Below, one piece after another: positions 59,426 through 64,000 of a stretch of DNA of 64,000 bases. This DNA is from Alphaproteobacteria bacterium (GTDB lineage: Bacteria; Pseudomonadota; Alphaproteobacteria; SMXQ01). Numbering within the stretch: position 1 is the first letter of the stretch; each line of letters begins with the position of its first letter. Below the pieces are notes generated by a model. It saw only the letters and a list, made by a program, of their open reading frames with translations, was not told the origin of the DNA and searched no databases. A program made the translations under genes and the position numbers. The stretch covers positions 182,343-246,342 of the forward strand of contig JBJHBM010000001.1 of NCBI GenBank assembly GCA_050485485.1, in the 5' to 3' direction.

Positions 59426-59453
59426 AAATCGCATAATGTATATTATGGAAAAT
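59426..59453. other. dif: dif chromosome-dimer resolution site (XerC/XerD)
   Basis: AAATCGCATAA-TGTATA-TTATGGAAAAT matches E. coli dif GGTGCGCATAATGTATATTATGTTAAAT at 22 of 28 positions, including the whole central hexamer and all inner arm bases. It lies in an AT-rich spacer where gene orientation converges. Confidence 0.75.
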
Positions 59454-59491
59454 ATAGGACAGGTTCCCAAGATCATGTTAAGGCACGCAAA

Positions 59492-60340
59492 TCAAGGCTC
59501 GGCCAAGGGCAGCGCTGCACCCGAGGCAATTTTTCCTGACGATGGCGCGGCACGCGCGTCAGCCGCCTCGATCACCAGCCCGTCATGCGCCGGCACCACG
59601 CCCGGCGGGCATCGCGCCGCAAGATCTTCATAGTCGAGCCGATGCGACAGATGCGTGAGCACGGCACGCTCGGGACCGACCCGCCCGATCCAGTCCAGCA
59701 CGCGCTCCAGATGCGCATGGGTCGGATGCTCCTCGTACTGGAGGCAGCCGACGATCCAGGTCCGGACCCCGCGCAAGGCCTCGAAGGCGTCGTCGTCGAG
59801 GCGCACCACGTCGGTGGAATACGCCACGTCGCCGAAACGGAAGCCGGCCGTGGCACTGAAGCCATGGTCCTGGCGGAACGGAAGGATGGGGATGCCGTGG
59901 GCGTCGAAGGGCGCGCCCCAGGCGAAGGCGCGGCCCGTGAGGCACGGCTTGTAGAACGCCACGTCGCCCTTGTAAACCCCTGGAGGATCAAAGATATAAG
60001 GAAACTTTCTGATAAGATGATCGAGGACTTCCGGGTGCGCCCAGGCATCTATGGCGGCGCGTTGGCGACGGTTCAGCGCGCGGATCTCGTCGATTCCGTG
60101 GGTATGGTCGGCATGAGCGTGGGTATAGAGGATGCCATCGAGGCGCTTGACCCCCGCATCGAGGAACTGAAGGCGCAGATCCGGGCCGGTATCGACCACC
60201 AGAACGGTGCCGCCCTGCTCGATCAGCAGGGAAGCCCGCCGCCGACGGTTGCGGGGATCGTCGCGCCGGCAGGCGCCCCATTCGTCGCCGATCAGCGGCA
60301 CGCCCGCGGCGCCGCCGCAGCCGAGGATGGTGAGCCGCAT
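59492..60340 (-). CDS. MBL-fold metallo-hydrolase (PhnP-like)
   Basis: Internal ATG 60340 gives MRLTILGCGG. Metal motif HAHADHTHG. ATGA overlap with the tatD stop. Confidence 0.85.
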   Translation of the reverse strand: MRLTILGCGGAAGVPLIGDEWGACRRDDPRNRRRRASLLIEQGGTVLVVDTGPDLRLQFLDAGVKRLDGILYTHAHADHTHGIDEIRALNRRQRAAIDAWAHPEVLDHLIRKFPYIFDPPGVYKGDVAFYKPCLTGRAFAWGAPFDAHGIPILPFRQDHGFSATAGFRFGDVAYSTDVVRLDDDAFEALRGVRTWIVGCLQYEEHPTHAHLERVLDWIGRVGPERAVLTHLSHRLDYEDLAARCPPGVVPAHDGLVIEAADARAAPSSGKIASGAALPLAEP

Positions 60341-61155
60341 CAGGCGCCTCCCCCCAAGGCCGCCGGCGCCGGCAGCTCGGCGGGATCGGCCTTGGCGAAC
60401 AGGCGGAAGAAGTTCTCGGTGGTGCGCGCCGCGAGATCGGCGGCCGGCAGCCCGCGCAGCTTCGCGACGAAGGCCGCCGTATGCGCCGTGAAGGCCGGCT
60501 CGCACCGCTTTCCGCGCACCGGCACGGGCGCCAGGTACGGCGCGTCGGTCTCGACCAGCAGGCGCTCCAGCGGCACCTCTTCGGCGACCTTGCGTACCGC
60601 CTCGGCGTTCCTGAAGGTGACGATCCCGGAGAACGAGACGTACATGCCGTGGCGGAGCGCCGCCCGGGCCACCGCCGCGCCCGAGCTGAAGCAATGGATC
60701 AGGCCCGGAAACCGCCCGCGCGCCTGCTCCTCCTCGATCACCCGCACCATGTCGTCGTCGGCGTCGCGGGCATGGACGATCAGCGGCAGGCCGGTCTCGC
60801 GCGCCGCCGCGATATGGGCGCGGAACACGCGCTCCTGGACGTCGCGGGGCGAATGCTCGTAGTAGAAATCGAGGCCCGCCTCGCCGATGCCGACGACCTT
60901 GGGATGGCCGGTCTCGGCCGCGATGCGCCCGGGCGCGAGGCCGTCGGCGCCCGCCGCCTCGTGGGGATGGACGCCCACCGAGCACCAGATGCCGGGGTGC
61001 GACTCGGCCAGCGCCCGAATCGCCGGGAAATCCGAAAGCCGCGTGCAGATCGTGAGCATTCCCGCGATTCCGGCCGCGCGGGCGCGGCCGATCACGGCCT
61101 CGCGCTCGTCGGCGAAATCGGGGAAATCGAGGTGGCAATGGCTGTCGATCAGCAT
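60340..61155 (-). CDS. tatD: TatD family hydrolase (metal-dependent DNase)
   Basis: MLIDSHCHLD, GIGEAGLDFYY and VETDAPYL motifs. 271 aa. Confidence 0.9.
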   Translation of the reverse strand: MLIDSHCHLDFPDFADEREAVIGRARAAGIAGMLTICTRLSDFPAIRALAESHPGIWCSVGVHPHEAAGADGLAPGRIAAETGHPKVVGIGEAGLDFYYEHSPRDVQERVFRAHIAAARETGLPLIVHARDADDDMVRVIEEEQARGRFPGLIHCFSSGAAVARAALRHGMYVSFSGIVTFRNAEAVRKVAEEVPLERLLVETDAPYLAPVPVRGKRCEPAFTAHTAAFVAKLRGLPAADLAARTTENFFRLFAKADPAELPAPAALGGGA

Positions 61156-61257
61156 GGGAAACTCGCGTAACGGCCGAAGTCTAGCCGTTTGCGCCGGCGA
61201 TGCACGGCCAAATTGCCGGTGCTAGACTTCACGGAGCGACAAGATCGGGAGGGAACG

Positions 61258-62100
61258 ATGGCCGGTTTTCATGTGATGGCGGCGGTTGCCGCGTTCGGAT
61301 TGGCGGCGGCTCTCGCGGTCGGCGCGCCCGCCCCCGCCCAGGCTCAACAGGGGGCTCAACAGGGGGCTCAACAAGGGGGGCCCGCCCAAGGACAAGCCGG
61401 GGATGCCAAGCTGCGCGCCGCGATCGCGAGCCCGGCGCGCACGCCCGCCTATGCCGCCCGCGACCGCTGGCGCGCGCCTTACGAGGTGCTGACGTTCCTC
61501 GGCCTGCGCGACGACATGACGGTGGTCGAGATCTACCCCGGCCGCAACGGCTGGTGGACCGAGATCCTGGCGCCCTATCTCAAGGCGCGCGGCCGCTACG
61601 TCGCGGTCCAGAACGTCAACCCGAAGAAGCAGTACCAGCCCGCCGACGCCCCCTTCCCCATGGTCGTCTCCGATTTCACGGACGGCGTGGACATCCGGCC
61701 CGAGGGCGGCGCCGACATGGTGCTGACCTTCCGCAACCTGCACAACTGGATGCGGCGCGGCACCGACGAGGCCGCGTTCCGCGCGTTCTACGCCGCGCTC
61801 AAGCCGGGCGGCGTGCTCGGCGTCACCGACCACCGCGCCAGCCCCGACCGGCCCCAGGACCCGCAGGCGCGCTCCGGCTACGTGCGCGAGGACTACGCGA
61901 TCGCCCTGGCCGAGAAGGTCGGCTTCGTGTTCGACGGCATCTCCGAGGTCAAGGCCAACCCGCGCGACACCCGGGACCACCCGGAGGGCGTCTGGACCCT
62001 GCCGCCGACGCTCAGGCTCGGCGACACGGACCGCGCCAAATACGAGGCCATCGGCGAGAGCGACCGCTTCGTGCTCAGGTTCGTGAAGCCCGTCCGATAG
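61258..62100 (+). CDS. Class I SAM-dependent methyltransferase-like protein with N-terminal signal peptide
   Basis: ATG follows GGGAGGGA. Signal peptide AAVAAFGLAAALAVGAPAPAQA. MTase-like core VVEIYPGRNGWWTEIL...LKPGGVLGVTDH. Confidence 0.75.
   Translation: MAGFHVMAAVAAFGLAAALAVGAPAPAQAQQGAQQGAQQGGPAQGQAGDAKLRAAIASPARTPAYAARDRWRAPYEVLTFLGLRDDMTVVEIYPGRNGWWTEILAPYLKARGRYVAVQNVNPKKQYQPADAPFPMVVSDFTDGVDIRPEGGADMVLTFRNLHNWMRRGTDEAAFRAFYAALKPGGVLGVTDHRASPDRPQDPQARSGYVREDYAIALAEKVGFVFDGISEVKANPRDTRDHPEGVWTLPPTLRLGDTDRAKYEAIGESDRFVLRFVKPVR
61342..61377 (+). repeat. 12-bp tandem repeat x3 inside the methyltransferase-like gene
   Basis: GCTCAACAGGGG GCTCAACAGGGG GCTCAACAAGGG, encoding (AQQG)x3 just after the predicted signal peptide. 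Confidence 0.9.
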
Positions 62101-62115
62101 GCCGATAGGGCCCCT

Positions 62116-64000
<1,885 letters not shown>

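Noticed and set aside
59442-59470. Minus-strand sigma70-like promoter (TTGGGA, 17 nt, CATAAT) for the DsbA-family gene, and a generic operator reading of the CATAAT..ATTATG palindrome
   Set aside because: The palindrome is better explained as the inner arms of the dif site. A promoter may still overlap it but cannot be separated from dif on sequence alone.

Overview
High-GC (visibly about 65-70%) chromosomal segment with alpha-proteobacterial gene content and synteny: livF-livK, rpiB-glyA-nrdR-ribD-ribE-ribH-nusB-thiL, hppA, bamE, yceD-rpmF-plsX-fabH-ihfA-merR-tRNA-Pro, rplM-rpsI-argC, aminotransferase-hom-glpX-recJ, recG/sdhE-mfd and tatD. I support 71 CDS, 2 tRNAs, 6 intrinsic terminators, 5 sigma70-like promoters, 2 repeats and a dif site. 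I saw no CRISPR array, transposase, integrase or phage genes. The main non-genic signal is a 28-bp dif (XerC/XerD) site at 59426-59453, in the most AT-rich spacer I saw. It matches E. coli dif at 22 of 28 positions, and gene orientation converges on it, so the window probably spans the replication terminus. Accessory content falls in two places. One is a flexible block from about 18.4 to 35.8 kb downstream of tRNA-Pro, holding oxidoreductases, two Tat-signal aldo/keto reductases, an OCD-VOC pair, a deacetylase-TctC pair, a TLC-like transporter and an orphan type I secretion pair. The other is a roughly 1.2 kb lower-GC islet abutting tRNA-Glu, with an orphan DUF1902/HicB-like gene and a lipoprotein, followed by a stand-alone HD-GYP gene and three small unknown genes. 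I did not find a convincing multi-gene novel system. The best candidates for follow-up are the exported cofactor-dependent enzymes (the Tat aldo/keto reductases and a signal-peptide SAM-methyltransferase-like protein), the tRNA-Glu islet with the HD-GYP cluster, and a 1-nt frame discontinuity at the start of the DUF481 gene. Many long ORFs in the supplied track are antisense or out-of-frame artefacts of the high GC content.
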